DNA of 62,884 bases, filler included, from Phoronis australis (lineage: Eukaryota; Animalia; Phoronida): the NCBI GenBank assembly GCA_002633005.1. It is 4 parts of 4 records of this genome, joined end to end, with 100 filler letters (N's around TTAATTAATTAA, not from the genome) between each part and the next. Parts side by side here need not be neighbours in the genome. Positions count along the whole stretch, not along the records: positions 21,324 to 39,374 come from NMRA01001476.1; 3 more parts are not named here. One strand, given 5' to 3'. Made by a program: the position numbers and the translations under genes. The notes beneath the pieces were generated by a model that ran no database searches, was not told the DNA's origin, and worked only from the letters and a program-made list of their open reading frames with translations. Positions 27,000 through 38,403 of the stretch are shown piece after piece; the first letter of the stretch is position 1, and each line of letters begins with the position of its first letter.

Positions 27000-28451
27000 A
27001 GGAGAATGCCACCCCGTTTAATTAGTCTTTTTACCGTCTTAATCGGTCTATATCCACATCGCCTCTTGTACGGTCCACCGCAACTTGTCTAGAGGTGTCG
27101 CATTAACCTGTGAGGAAGTTGAGAAACGACGCAGCGACGTCAGTGGTTCATCTGCAGAATGAATGCCGCTATATTGCGGTGTATCGTTCCCGCTTGTCCG
27201 AACTGTAAAGCTGCGAAAAAAGTGGGTATATCGTTTTCTCAACTTCCTCCACAGCCCGAAATGCCTAGGACGTGGCTCGTTGTAGTGAAGAATGAAAAGT
27301 ACGCTGTTAATATCAAGTATGAGGCCGTTAAACAGCTCCGTGTTTGTGGCCGGCATTTCGTCGACAATGATTTCTCTGACCGGCGTTCCGGCTTACCAAA
27401 GATCTATCCATACGTTCCGTTGCCTGGGCATTTTCACGGCGCCTATCTAGTATTTCTTGATCAGTGTATTCCGGTTCGAACTGATAGCCTGTGAAACCTA
27501 ACGACCCGACCAGCGAAGTCTTCGTCGGAAGAGCTCTCGACTAAGTCGGAATTGGCGCCGGACGAGTTGGCATGTAGACGTTCGTTATTCTGCGTTCTGT
27601 TTCAAAATGAATTATTCCCATCCTACTCAATGCTTATATAAAACAGAAACATAGTCTGTCTCATTTGATACAATTGGTAATTGGAGTATTCTTGAGTGCA
27701 AATGTTTTGAGAAGCCAGCAATGAATAAACCACTGCGTTACCAGCTTTAGATGCAATAAAGGTAATTGACCGGGCACCGAGGACTTGTGAGCACACGCAA
27801 ATTCAGTGTTTGCTGACAAAAAGCTGTTGTGAAACAGTAACTAGATTTTATATGCTATGGTCACATGTTAAGGGATTCTTTATTTAGATATACAAATACA
27901 TTATTCAAATCACTGTTACTGTACAACCTTTGCCCTGACGCTTCTGTGGAAGGGAAACCCGAGTCCGGGGCTCCAGAAAAGAAAGTAGATTTTCAGTTTC
28001 GTGGCTAATTCACCTAAATAATTACACACTATTTCTTTGGCTCACTATTATAGTCTTTTCGTGACTGAAGGTTTAGTTTCCAACTTAAGCGGGTTTATGT
28101 TCGTGATGTCCAATCCCGGCGGCCGCGACGGGTCTGATCGTGTTCCAAGCCACTGGCGGGGAGTAACAAGCGTTTTGTGTGTTTAAAACTGAAAAAATCG
28201 CAAGTCTAAAAGTACAACACACAGCTATGTTCCCCCGTCTGTATTTCACGGAAGAATGATTCGAATTTAGCACTAAACAGACCCAAACTCACGCGATCGA
28301 CCATGGTAAATTGGCCTACCGAACTCTGTTTAATTTCAACATCTCCGTTTGCCGTAAGGTGTCAGGTAAAACAACTGAACATGCTATTATCGAGTGGAAC
28401 TACTCGATCTAAACTGATACAAAATAGGTTGTTTTTGGGGGGCATTCTTCG
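27000..28451 (+). mobile_element. Kolobok-like non-autonomous DNA transposon carrying a THAP domain
   Basis: TTAA at 26996-26999 and 28452-28455; imperfect TIRs AGGAGAATGCCACCCC / CGAAGAATGCCCCCCA (12/16); internal THAP ORF. Confidence 0.65.
27159..27494 (+). CDS. THAP zinc-finger (C2CH) domain ORF, transposon-derived, no catalytic domain seen
   Basis: CIVPAC...FSQLP...W...VCGRHFVDNDF...P reproduces the THAP C2CH, P, W and F signature. Confidence 0.75.
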   Translation: MNAAILRCIVPACPNCKAAKKVGISFSQLPPQPEMPRTWLVVVKNEKYAVNIKYEAVKQLRVCGRHFVDNDFSDRRSGLPKIYPYVPLPGHFHGAYLVFLDQCIPVRTDSL

Positions 28452-30376
28452 TTAATGTCTAGATAGAAAATCGTTCACTCAATGGTTTCCGAAAAAAAAT
28501 GCAAAGTTCCCATCGCGACCTCTTTGGCGGAGCAAAATATGTAGTTTGTAAAAAAGCAGGCAGGTAGGCGGATATAAATCGCTGTGAAAACAGTCACATG
28601 GGAATGTTGTTATTACCACCAGTACACCATGTGAAGAAAACTGGTGGATCTAAAACTCCTACGGTCAGGTTGACATGTGGAATAAAATTGTATTAATACG
28701 TAATTATTGTTTGTAAAAGTCCGAATTTTTCTTAATATTTCAAATTCAGTTAATGCTGGCGACCTGTTGTTAATTTTGCGGTGGAATCTATCTAGCTATA
28801 ACAACGTGCTGCAAATCGGGATTTCCTTTACTCTCAATTCTTACCTGCTTAAATTTAATAATGATGATGCATTAAGGTCAACAGGTTTATTGATTTAAAA
28901 AATTAAACACCGACCACAGGCGGCGCTAATAGCGACAGGTGGGGCGCTTTAGTACATTCAAGGAAATGTCGTTGAGAGCAGTTGTTGTCCTTAAACCATA
29001 TTTTGTAGGTCGAATTCAGTCTGAAATAAATCAAAAATCTTGGAGCTTCTATTTTGGTCCTAAGAAAGCTGAAGAAAAGTGAGGGCTGATTTGCTTTATC
29101 AAAAAAATAAAAACAAAAAACAAAAAAAAATCGGGTCCCAGCTCAAAACAAACCGATGCCATTCTCTGAACATGTACCAAGACACCGAATGATTATGATG
29201 AAATAACATTAGACTTTTGAGAAGACATATCAACACTGCTGAAACCTTCGAAGAACCGGCGGGTCCGACCTCTGTGCCGTGTTACTTATTTCGGATAGCG
29301 CATGTCACCAAGCCTCTTAAATAGGACGAGTTAAATTTGTATGCCCTAGAGCAGGTCTCAGTAATGCCTGCGGAATGGAATCGTTTACACCGGGATGTTA
29401 TAACATGGATGTCTTGAGGTGTAAATCATTGAGTCATAATTAGCCTACTTTGATTCACCAAACTGTCGAATTCTGAATCCCTGTACACGTCTGCATGTAC
29501 CGTAAAGTTCCTGTCAAGACATACATAATTTCGTGACGAAACTTGCTGAGGACATGCGCATTGAACCAGACAACTTTGGTCAAAACATGATTTAAATTCG
29601 GCCACACAGTCCACTACCGCGCTGGTTCGTTCTGAAAGATACGCCTTTTTTCACATTCACCAATTTAAAACACGGGATGAGTTTCGACAGTCGAAAGATA
29701 TCACTAAAATACAAACATTTTGTAGCTTTCATGCGTTTTTGTGCTTGTTTTACTTAAATAGTTTTTAAAAAGTGAACAGGATCCTTAGGAAACCTCATTA
29801 CTCATGGCGGCCCATGTGTGATTACCCATAATGCACGAGTCAGTTGTCACTTACTATGGCGCCCACTTTACGTGGCAGTGGAGCAGAAAAATCAAAAGTA
29901 AACAAAAATTCGTAGTAAAGTCAGTAAAGTTATAGATATTTTAAGTTGTGTTGAAGTGTTGAATGTTCATTATCTGAGCTAAATAAGCGTTAAAATCCGG
30001 TTTATAAACTTTTTAAACTCAAGTGTATCTTTCAAAAAGTGGCTTAATTGGTACTTGTATCCTCTCGGTTTTTACTAGTTTTCGAGATCATACAGAGAAC
30101 TATCTTGGAATGACCATTTCTCGTGGGGTAACGTACACTTTTACCAAGTGTTACTCTATTCCAGAAGTGAGGGTGAAGCTGCGACAGCACCCGTAGTGCT
30201 ACTTCTTGCGTGTACGTAACAAAAGAAAAGAAAAGAAAAGAAAAGAAAACAAAACAAAACATCAAAGCAATGATTCATAGCGGCCAACAGTATACAGTAA
30301 CTATGAGAATAACCGAAACAACCGGCTCAGATACATATCCCAAGTTAATTGACAATAAGCGTTCCGTTACACGTAC

Positions 30377-30421
30377 CCTTTCTCCCTTTGGCCCGGCACA
30401 CGTGCACCCTGTGGAACATTC
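30377..30421 (-). CDS. Collagen 7S-like Cys-rich exon, copy A (ECSTGCTCAGPKGER)
   Basis: 45 nt, ttcttacattccag acceptor, gtacgt donor, phase 0-0; CxxGCxCxGxKGER resembles the collagen IV 7S start and continues the Gly-X-Y register into exon 24110-23976. Confidence 0.85.
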
Positions 30422-30500
30422 CTGGAATGTAAGAATCAGAAGTCACTTTATTGTGGGCTGTCGTGTAAGTAACAACGTATTGCTATACAATATGGGAATT

Positions 30501-31892
30501 CATCATTCACATATTTCAACATTTAAGGCCTTGGCCCACATGTTACATAAAATTTACAGGATAACGCTGAGCAGCTTTTCCCTGAGGGTAGTGGCGTGAA
30601 ATACAAATTTCATTAGATTGAGCAATGGGCTGCGATATTTTCACTAGCTTCACAAATTTGTGTTTATTTGGTTCACGCCTGCACCACTCAGGTATAAATG
30701 CAGTTCTCAAAGAAAAATAGGTTTTGAACACATATAAAATGGGACACACAGAAACAACACACACGGCATTTTTGGTCCACAAGAGCATGTCTACCTTTCT
30801 CTATAATAAAGTTATTGTTAGAGCAGCGTAATTTAATCTTTAATTCGCTGCTCAAAAATGACAAGAAAAGATGCTTCGCAGCCAACTCCCTGATTGTGCC
30901 ATACCTATCCAAAACCATACCTTTTGCAGCAAATTCCTAACAGATGAAGTCCAATTTTTACTACCAGCCTCATCCAGTGCGACAAGCTTGTCATAGACAG
31001 ATCTTGAATTTCGATGTGCTGGCCTTTTTAACAAGTTAAACCAATACTTGATCAATTTAACAAACAGCTTTACATAAATTGGATACCTTCCCAGTTCTCC
31101 CAGGACAGCATGATTTGGACAGTTACTTCTAACACCCAGCAGCTGCTTACATAATTTCAATTGGACGCGCTCGATACTAGAATATTCTTTAAATCCCCAA
31201 ATCTCACTTCCATGGCTAATGATTGGGTGTACCATTTTATCAAAAATCTTGAGTGCAATTTTCAGTGACAGTCGTCCACATTTTGACTGAAAACGTTTAA
31301 TTGAAAAAATTGCTTTCTTTGCCAGGTGAGACAAAGTTTCCGTAGCTTGCGTCCAGTCTAACTTAGGAGTAAGGCAAATACTCAGGTACTTATATGATGA
31401 GACGACATCAACTTTGTCATTTCCGAAATGCCATTTTTCGTATTTTCCGCTTTTTCTAAATGCCTTTATTTTTGTTTTGGTAAGGTTGACTTTCATACCC
31501 CAATCCTAACAGTATTCAAGACGAGCGTTAATTTGTTGCTGTAGTTTAAATGCTGTCTCTGCGCAACCAACCATATCATCACCGTATAACAACATGCAGA
31601 TTTGAGGCACATACTCATTTACGTAAATTCCACTAATTAAAGATTCTTTTAAGTAACCAACAACCTCATTTAAATACATAGTAAATAAAAAGGACTAAGC
31701 ACACACCCTTGGCGAGTACCAATATTATTAATGAAAAAGTCAGTTAACCCACGCTCAGTTCTTACACACACTGCGCTTACATGTAGCTTTGAATAAAAAG
31801 CTTTTCATCAATTTCAAAACACTATCATGAATTCCTATTTTTTATAACCTATTCCACACAAATCTATGTGAAATACTGTCAAAGGTCCGGTA
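30501..31892 (-). mobile_element. 5'-truncated degenerate RTE/RTEX-like LINE (RT domain and C-terminus)
   Basis: Minus-strand FDSIS, GTRQGCVLS, LLYGDD, then ORF 31496-30852 with VNLTKTK, YKYL, GSEIWG, LGELGRYP; stops and frameshifts present; tgaatgatg-type 3' tail next to 30501; flanked by 203-bp direct repeats. Confidence 0.9.
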
Positions 31893-31971
31893 TAACCGTA
31901 AGAATATTCGAAACAACCGGCTCAGATACATATCCCAAGTAAATTGACAATAGGCGTTCCGTTACACGTAC

Positions 31972-32016
31972 CCTTTCTCTCCTTGACCCCGTACACGAAC
32001 ATCCTGTGGAACATTC
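31972..32016 (-). CDS. Collagen 7S-like Cys-rich exon, copy B (ECSTGCSCTGSRRER); alternative exon or pseudoexon
   Basis: Same acceptor and donor as copy A, open frame, three Cys retained, but one triplet Gly replaced by Arg (GGA vs AGA). Confidence 0.55.
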
Positions 32017-33274
32017 CTGGAATGTAAGAGTCAGAAGTCACTTTATTGTGGGCTGTCGGATAAGTAACAACGTATTGCTCTACAATATGGAAATTACTGG
32101 CATTCAACAACCTCAATACATGTACGTAGTTTTTTCAAACCCCGGCGGACAAAATGTCCTTGTGACCGAAGATACATACGGTTACTAGTTGGTATTGATG
32201 AACCGAAGGCAAAATCAAAGAACTAAGCCCTTTCATTTTTAAAATATTATATAAGAGCACTAACTCGTAGTGTAAATGCATCAAAATAAAACACCAGAAC
32301 AGTTCATGGATTAACGCAATAGATATTTCAAAACTCTAAACAAAATTATAGAGAACGTGTTTTCTGTTTCGCCAGACTCCACTGACGTAATCTTAACTAC
32401 GGTGAAGGATGTGTTGCGTGCTCGTGATTCAGTTTTAAAGTCGTGGGTTTTGTCACGCACTTTCTATTATCTGATAGCGATGCAATCTTCAGTGGCGCAA
32501 AAGTTTCTTTAAATCATTCCCACAGCAGCGCTACGAAGATGTAGAAATTCTGAAATATGGGCCGCCTAGTTTTTACTAGGCTTTTAAAAAGGCTTCATAA
32601 TCTATTCAAATAATTTATGAATAAGACTCCTTTGGACACGAAGAACCTTTGACATTGTATTTTACAAAATGATTCATTTGCAGCTTCAAAACTGCAAATG
32701 GCAAATAAAGGTGCAAAATTACGCCGCGTCATATATTTTTTGTTTTTGTCCGTGTGACACGTCTTTGAGCGAAGGCATCCTTTCCCCCACTTATATTTTA
32801 CCCGCATACAGTGTACATAACTGATACACTTTGTGCTTGCGGTATAAACCAGTGCGGAACAATGTAACCGGAATTTAAAACTCTTTAGAAATTTCGCTAG
32901 CTTGCTAATGTTTTTTAATGCGAACCGCCTTCACACCATGCTTACTTTAGCCCAAATTCGCTTGTACATTATGCATACGCGAGTAACCTATATCAGTTTT
33001 GTGGTTCTTACAAACACCCAGTGTACAGGACGGTTTCTTCACAGTAACGTTGACAAGCTCCGTAGAAATAATTAATTGAGCAACGGGATTTACAAATTGT
33101 TGTTACAGATCCAAGTTCCATATACAAGTTGTGTAGGCATTTACGCGACATTTACCTATACGGTTTCATCGTCGAGCGACCTCCCGACGGAGTCACATCT
33201 GTCCGAGACGAATTATTTAAACATGTGCCGACTACATATGTAATTCCACATGTACAGCATTGCAAATATTTTTT

Positions 33275-33495
33275 TCATACATAAAGGTTGGCTAAGAAAA
33301 TACATCTGATTTTTGATCTTCAAACGATTTCCAAAGGAGATTACACATTCAAAAACATCTTTCCAGAAGTGATTGCCATTATTAGAGAAATTTATCTCGA
33401 GAAAGTCAACTCGTTACTTGGAGAAATTTCTGAATTCAGGAAAAATCAAATGAAACTAACAGGCAGTCTTAGACTGACCATTTAACAATTTTGTG
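33275..33495 (-). mobile_element. Tx1/L1-type LINE ORF2 remnant, downstream part
   Basis: Minus-strand NHFWKDVFECV...FLSQPL resembles the post-RT NxFWKDV...PLW segment; continues the fragment at 35470-36075 across an inserted element. Confidence 0.6.
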
Positions 33496-33499
33496 TTAA

Positions 33500-35465
33500 G
33501 GTAGGTGTATACACTGATCAAATCTCCAGGTTCCTAACTAAAATGAGTAAAAAGGGAGTTTTAACTAGTTAGACATGACTCTGAAAGTGACAAAAATCGA
33601 AAAAAAAAGTTTTTTTGTAGTTCGTTTTTTTAATCGTATTTTTTAATTTTCAAAAAATCTAATTTTACCTCGAATTTTTTTTTTCAAAATGCACAGGGAT
33701 CATCATCAACTGTTTCCTTATATTCTACTTATCCATACCAAATATATGTACAAAATCATTATGATCTTGATTTTGTGGCATTTTTTTGTGTGTGAGTTGG
33801 GGCAAGCACGCCACTTTTTGTCATTTGGTCACTTTCCGTCTAATAACTAAAAATCTGGTCCATTTATCAAAAAACCCTGGCACGCGATTTTACTTCAGTC
33901 CTAGAAGATTTCAAATTTGCAACTTTCGTAAAATTGACGCACGTGTTGTGGAAAAATAGGCCCGAGAATCTTGTCACTAACCTGAAATCACGAGCCGAGA
34001 AAAACGGCTTTCAAGTTAAGCGGTCATCGATTGCCACTTGAGATCAAATTTCGTTCAGAATGCGCGGTCATTATGTTCCAGTTTTTGTTGAAATACTAGA
34101 AATAAAGCTGATATTTACTTCATATTTAGAAAATGTGACATACCTGTTTGTTTACAGCGTAATTTTAATCATTTTTTCGAACTTGTGAAGCACGACTGAC
34201 GACCAAAACAAATATGGCTATCACGTGGGCGGAGCTTAGCGTTGATCTATTGTCTACTGAACTGGTGTGCCGACCACACATTAAACCCATGTGTTGATTG
34301 TTTATACGATTCATCTGAACTCTACACTCAGTTTGTAAAAGACTCTCTAACTATATTACACAGACCTATTAGTTAGTATTCCAATATTATCATCAACCAA
34401 TATATGTGTTATATGAAATCGCCGCGTTACTGCCTACATAACAATATTGGCGACGAGGATAAAGAACTTACTACTTTCATAGTAATGGTTCAACATTTTT
34501 ACGTGCCTGTACCGAATGGACTTTGGGATAAGAAAATATCACTTTCTGCGCAAATAGCGCCGCTTGGATGAGATTCTCAAGTTACTAAAGTTTCTTATAT
34601 TGCTTTCCTCTAAAATCGTATAATATAATGAGTTTTAATTCAGGGTTACGTTTGAATCTATGCACTAGAAAATTTTTTGTAATGTTGAACACTGGGTCAT
34701 TTCTCTAATTCTTTGGGTTACGGCCAGTGGCAAGTTAAAAATCCTCTGTGTTTGACAGCCTAGTTTCTCCACGGCGCGTTCCCAGCACAGAAGCACGGTT
34801 TATCTGCGAAGACTCTACTCTGACGGCATGTAGTTGTCCATGTGTCGCGTGTGGCTTGTCTTCACAGCGCGTCGTGCATGCACTCTCATCGAATCGTGCA
34901 ACACCACCCACGTCGACACTCAGCGTCCTCTCGCAAGACACCTGACCTTATATTACCGACTTCTCTAAAACATGCACGATTTCTGCACGGACTCCTCAAG
35001 CTGAGTGCAGTGATGGCTTCGGTAGGGCTTGGCGTACTCAACTTAATTTTTTTGCAGATAGACAAACAGGCTCAGGCTCGGAACAGGAGCTAGTTCACCA
35101 TTTCACTACCAACTTTCACATGGTCAAAAATAGAATTGTTTTATTCTTGGTCTTGCTACAACACCAATATCAGCTGGTACATCATTCTCGATTGCCCGGT
35201 TACGCAATGCTTGTTGACAGGGTTAGATTAGAGCTAGACAAGTGTCCTTGTATTTAAGCTCCGCCCAGTTGTCAATCACTGAGCTGGTGAGCACTCCAGT
35301 CATATGACTTACTGAGGCTTGGTCAAATATAGCTAAAAAACAAATTTGGATTTTCAGAATGATTTTATTTTTCTTCAGTATACTGTGCATCAAGAATTAA
35401 AGATTAGGATGACATAAAAATGTAAAAAACAGTCAAAATTAATTTTTTTTTTGTATCCACCTACC
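33500..35465. mobile_element. Kolobok-like DNA transposon (~1.97 kb) inserted into a LINE
   Basis: TTAA at 33496-33499 and 35466-35469; TIRs GGTAGGTGTATACA / GGTAGGTGGATACA (13/14); internal inverted gggcggagctta motif near 34228 and 35255. Confidence 0.85.
34448..34460 (+). other. LTR-retrotransposon primer binding site, complementary to tRNA-Ser(GCU) 3' end
   Basis: TGGCGACGAGGAT following an LTR-end-like ...acataacaatat; identical 13-mer precedes the Gypsy gag at 61297-61285. Confidence 0.7.
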
Positions 35466-35469
35466 TTAA

Positions 35470-36075
35470 TCATTCTGATACCTCCTTCATTATTATATAC
35501 AAACGGCTCGGGAGCGCTTAATTTTATCACTGCGACCTTGCCAGAGGAATTTAAAAAACATTGAGTTCAATTTTTTTAGAATATGTTTCGAAGGCTGTGG
35601 CAAGAATATCAGAAGATGTACAATTTTTGAAACAGCAAGCGTCTTGATTACTGTAATCCTCTCGAAAGACGTTAAAATTCGTTTGGACCAATTTTTCATT
35701 ATTAATTCAATATTTTTCAATTTCGCCAAGTAATTCTGGTCTGCCATATCATGTAAGTTACTTGGAAATTAATCCCCAAGAACATGACAGAAATTTTTTC
35801 AGCACCGTTTGCCATGCTGCCAAACCAAATGGCTTTTGTTTTTTCTACATTGACCCTGAGGGCGGAGAATGGAGCAAACAGATTTAGAACATTTCAAGTA
35901 GACCGTAAAGACATCTCTGAGCCATCTAAAATAATAGGAGTGTCATCAGCATATTGCGTTAGTAAATACTCACGATCCATAATTTTGATTCCATTTGTAT
36001 TTTTGTTGTGTCTGATCATGAGAGCCAAAATATCCGCACAAATAATAAATAGATAAGGAGATAAATATATCTTTT
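35470..36075 (-). mobile_element. Tx1/L1-type LINE reverse transcriptase remnant
   Basis: LSPYLFIICADILA...GIKI...QYADDT, NVEKTKAIWFG and WSKRILT...IKTLAVSK...FFKFLW...KIKR...GGIRMI motifs, broken by frameshifts. Confidence 0.9.
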
Positions 36076-37398
36076 GCTTGACTACCATTCTTTGCTGAAG
36101 CAGTTGCCTACATGCACATGTAAATTTCAACCACGGAAGTGAATGTTAACTTTTTTGGATGATGCAATTGAAAAGAAGACGACTGAAAAAATACAAGACA
36201 GTTCTATGAAGAAAACAGGAACGAGATAAAAAAACAAAAGTGCTGTACATGTATCTGCGCTGATAATATATTTAAGTGAAGGGGAATTTAAAATACGACG
36301 AAGGCGCGGGCATAGGGCTCAAAAGTTGTAACACAGCACCCAATTAATTCGTCATTATACTATTCACCATGTGCCGGGTGTAATGTTTTGGCGATAGTTT
36401 TACACATCCATAGTGCACTAATGAATGTTAATGCTTTTCTACGAAAACACTTTAAAAACGAAATAAAAAATTATGCACCAACATTCGCCACGAGGGCGAG
36501 AAAAGTGCATCTATTAGGTACAATGTGGGAACCTTCATCAGCAGGAAAGGAAGAAATGCGAGAATTTATTATTTATACATACACAAAATGAACCGAGAGT
36601 GGTATACACGAAGTAATATCTAACAAGACATTATTCCTCGTATCGACCGATACCTAAAGTCGAACTTGCGCGTTAGATTGCAAGTTTTCTATTGTGAAAG
36701 AGGTAACAAAGATGAAAACAACGGCAACTGTGCAGTGAACTTGTAACATCTCCTGGAAATAGTTAAATAAGAACAATATTTAATATTTTAGTTTCCTAGG
36801 AATAGGCGCCTGAGTTTCAGACGATATAGTATTCAGCAATTGAAAATTGAGACATAAGTGCCATATAATTAACAGTTTTGTTCTAGATTTTACGTTTAGA
36901 GCCTGATTGCATGTCGAGTTTTAGTTACACTGCTTCAACTGTATTACTTTAAACTATATTCGGAAACTTAGATGATCGAGCCGGCTGAAGACGTCAAGTC
37001 GACGTTGACCTACCTTTTGAACCTTCCATGGCAAAGGTCACTGTTGAAGTAGTACGGGAGGTGAATACGGAAGACATTGTCACATGGCCGTATTTCCCTC
37101 GTCAGATTCAACGCGTATGAGATAAACGTAAATAATTAAAACAGCATGGCTTGTTCTATCTCCGACTAGACGTTAGTAGGTAGTCTAAAGATAACCTTTT
37201 TTAAACACAAGAGTTAGAGAACGTCGGAAAATACTTCAGCAAATTTATTCGCCTGATGGGCACGCGTATACTGTGCACACTAAAATTCACCGATGTCTCG
37301 AACTGTGTCGAGTGTGCATACCACTCTAATTTAGGAAGGAAAGAAATTGATTGCCACAATAATTTTTAATGAATACAACTGCGTGCAAGACTACCTAC

Positions 37399-37475
37399 CT
37401 CACTGGAGTTGTTTTTAGGAGACAATGGCAATATGGTATCACTTTCGATCACTACATTCTGAGCTGCTAAAGGGT
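37399..37475 (-). CDS. Candidate upstream exon of the collagen gene ((D)PLAAQNVVIESDTILPLSPKNNSSE)
   Basis: tttattttcag acceptor, GAG|gtaggt donor, 77 nt open frame phase 1 to 0, compatible with the phase-0 7S-like exon; no homology evidence. Confidence 0.45.
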
Positions 37476-38403
37476 CTGAAAATAAACCATACGATTGAAA
37501 AGTGCTGACTTTTTCTACGATTTTCGATTAATTTTGAATGGTTTGAAACTGAAATTAGATAACAGCGTACGAATTTTCACGGGGATTATGATTTTTCAGC
37601 AAATACTTGTATTCTTAACCCACAACTGAAAATAAACGTTCATAAAAGCAAACCGTTTCGAGTAGGCTTTTTCGGGGACACCGACCAAACATTTTCACTA
37701 TTATTGTCAAAGAAGGCAAAAACACGCAACTTTGGGAACTATATACTTGTAAGGCCATTATTTGTTTCCATGTATCACATACAAATTTTTTGTAGATTAG
37801 AGATTTACATTTTAACCCCTTTTTTCACCAAGAGTGAGGCAAAGAAACTTTAAAGTAAGCTAATTTTCAACGGGCGTGTCCATGCTGCGTAGCTTTGTTG
37901 GGAAACAGAAAAAAAACTGAGGAAATTTTAATGACCTGGAAATGCGTTAGAGTCGAAAATACAATTGGGAACACTGCGTCACCATTTGCGTCATCACATC
38001 TCGTCACATCAACGAATGTTCATATTTTAAAGATTGAAACAATTTTATCGATGAAGATTGACAGTTGAAGACATGGGACCAAGATTTCACATACTGACAC
38101 GAAGTTTAACTCGGAAATATTTTTGGGGCATTTTTATTCTACTTCTGTGCGAGCTTTAGACAAGTTCCCATTAATTTATGCTCGAGCACGTAATGGCTTG
38201 CATGAATAACAACAATCCTAGTTTGCACTTGGTGACTCGTGCATTAAGCCTGCACATTTGGATCTAACTTTGATATTTGAATTGTTACCAAGAAAATGAA
38301 ACATCTCCAACACTAATCTTTGTCCCTTTTGCCGATTTCTTGAAGGTAGCCTAGATACCCAGCGCGCAACAATACAAGTTTTCCGGTATTCCAATGACTA
38401 ATT

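Noticed and set aside
29867-29877. TGGCGCCCA resembling a tRNA-Lys primer binding site
   Set aside because: Match is only 9 nt and no LTR end or gag follows.
37014-37110. Minus-strand segment ending in a good donor (AAG|gtaggt)
   Set aside because: The phase-0 frame needed to join the collagen exons contains a stop and no convincing acceptor was found.
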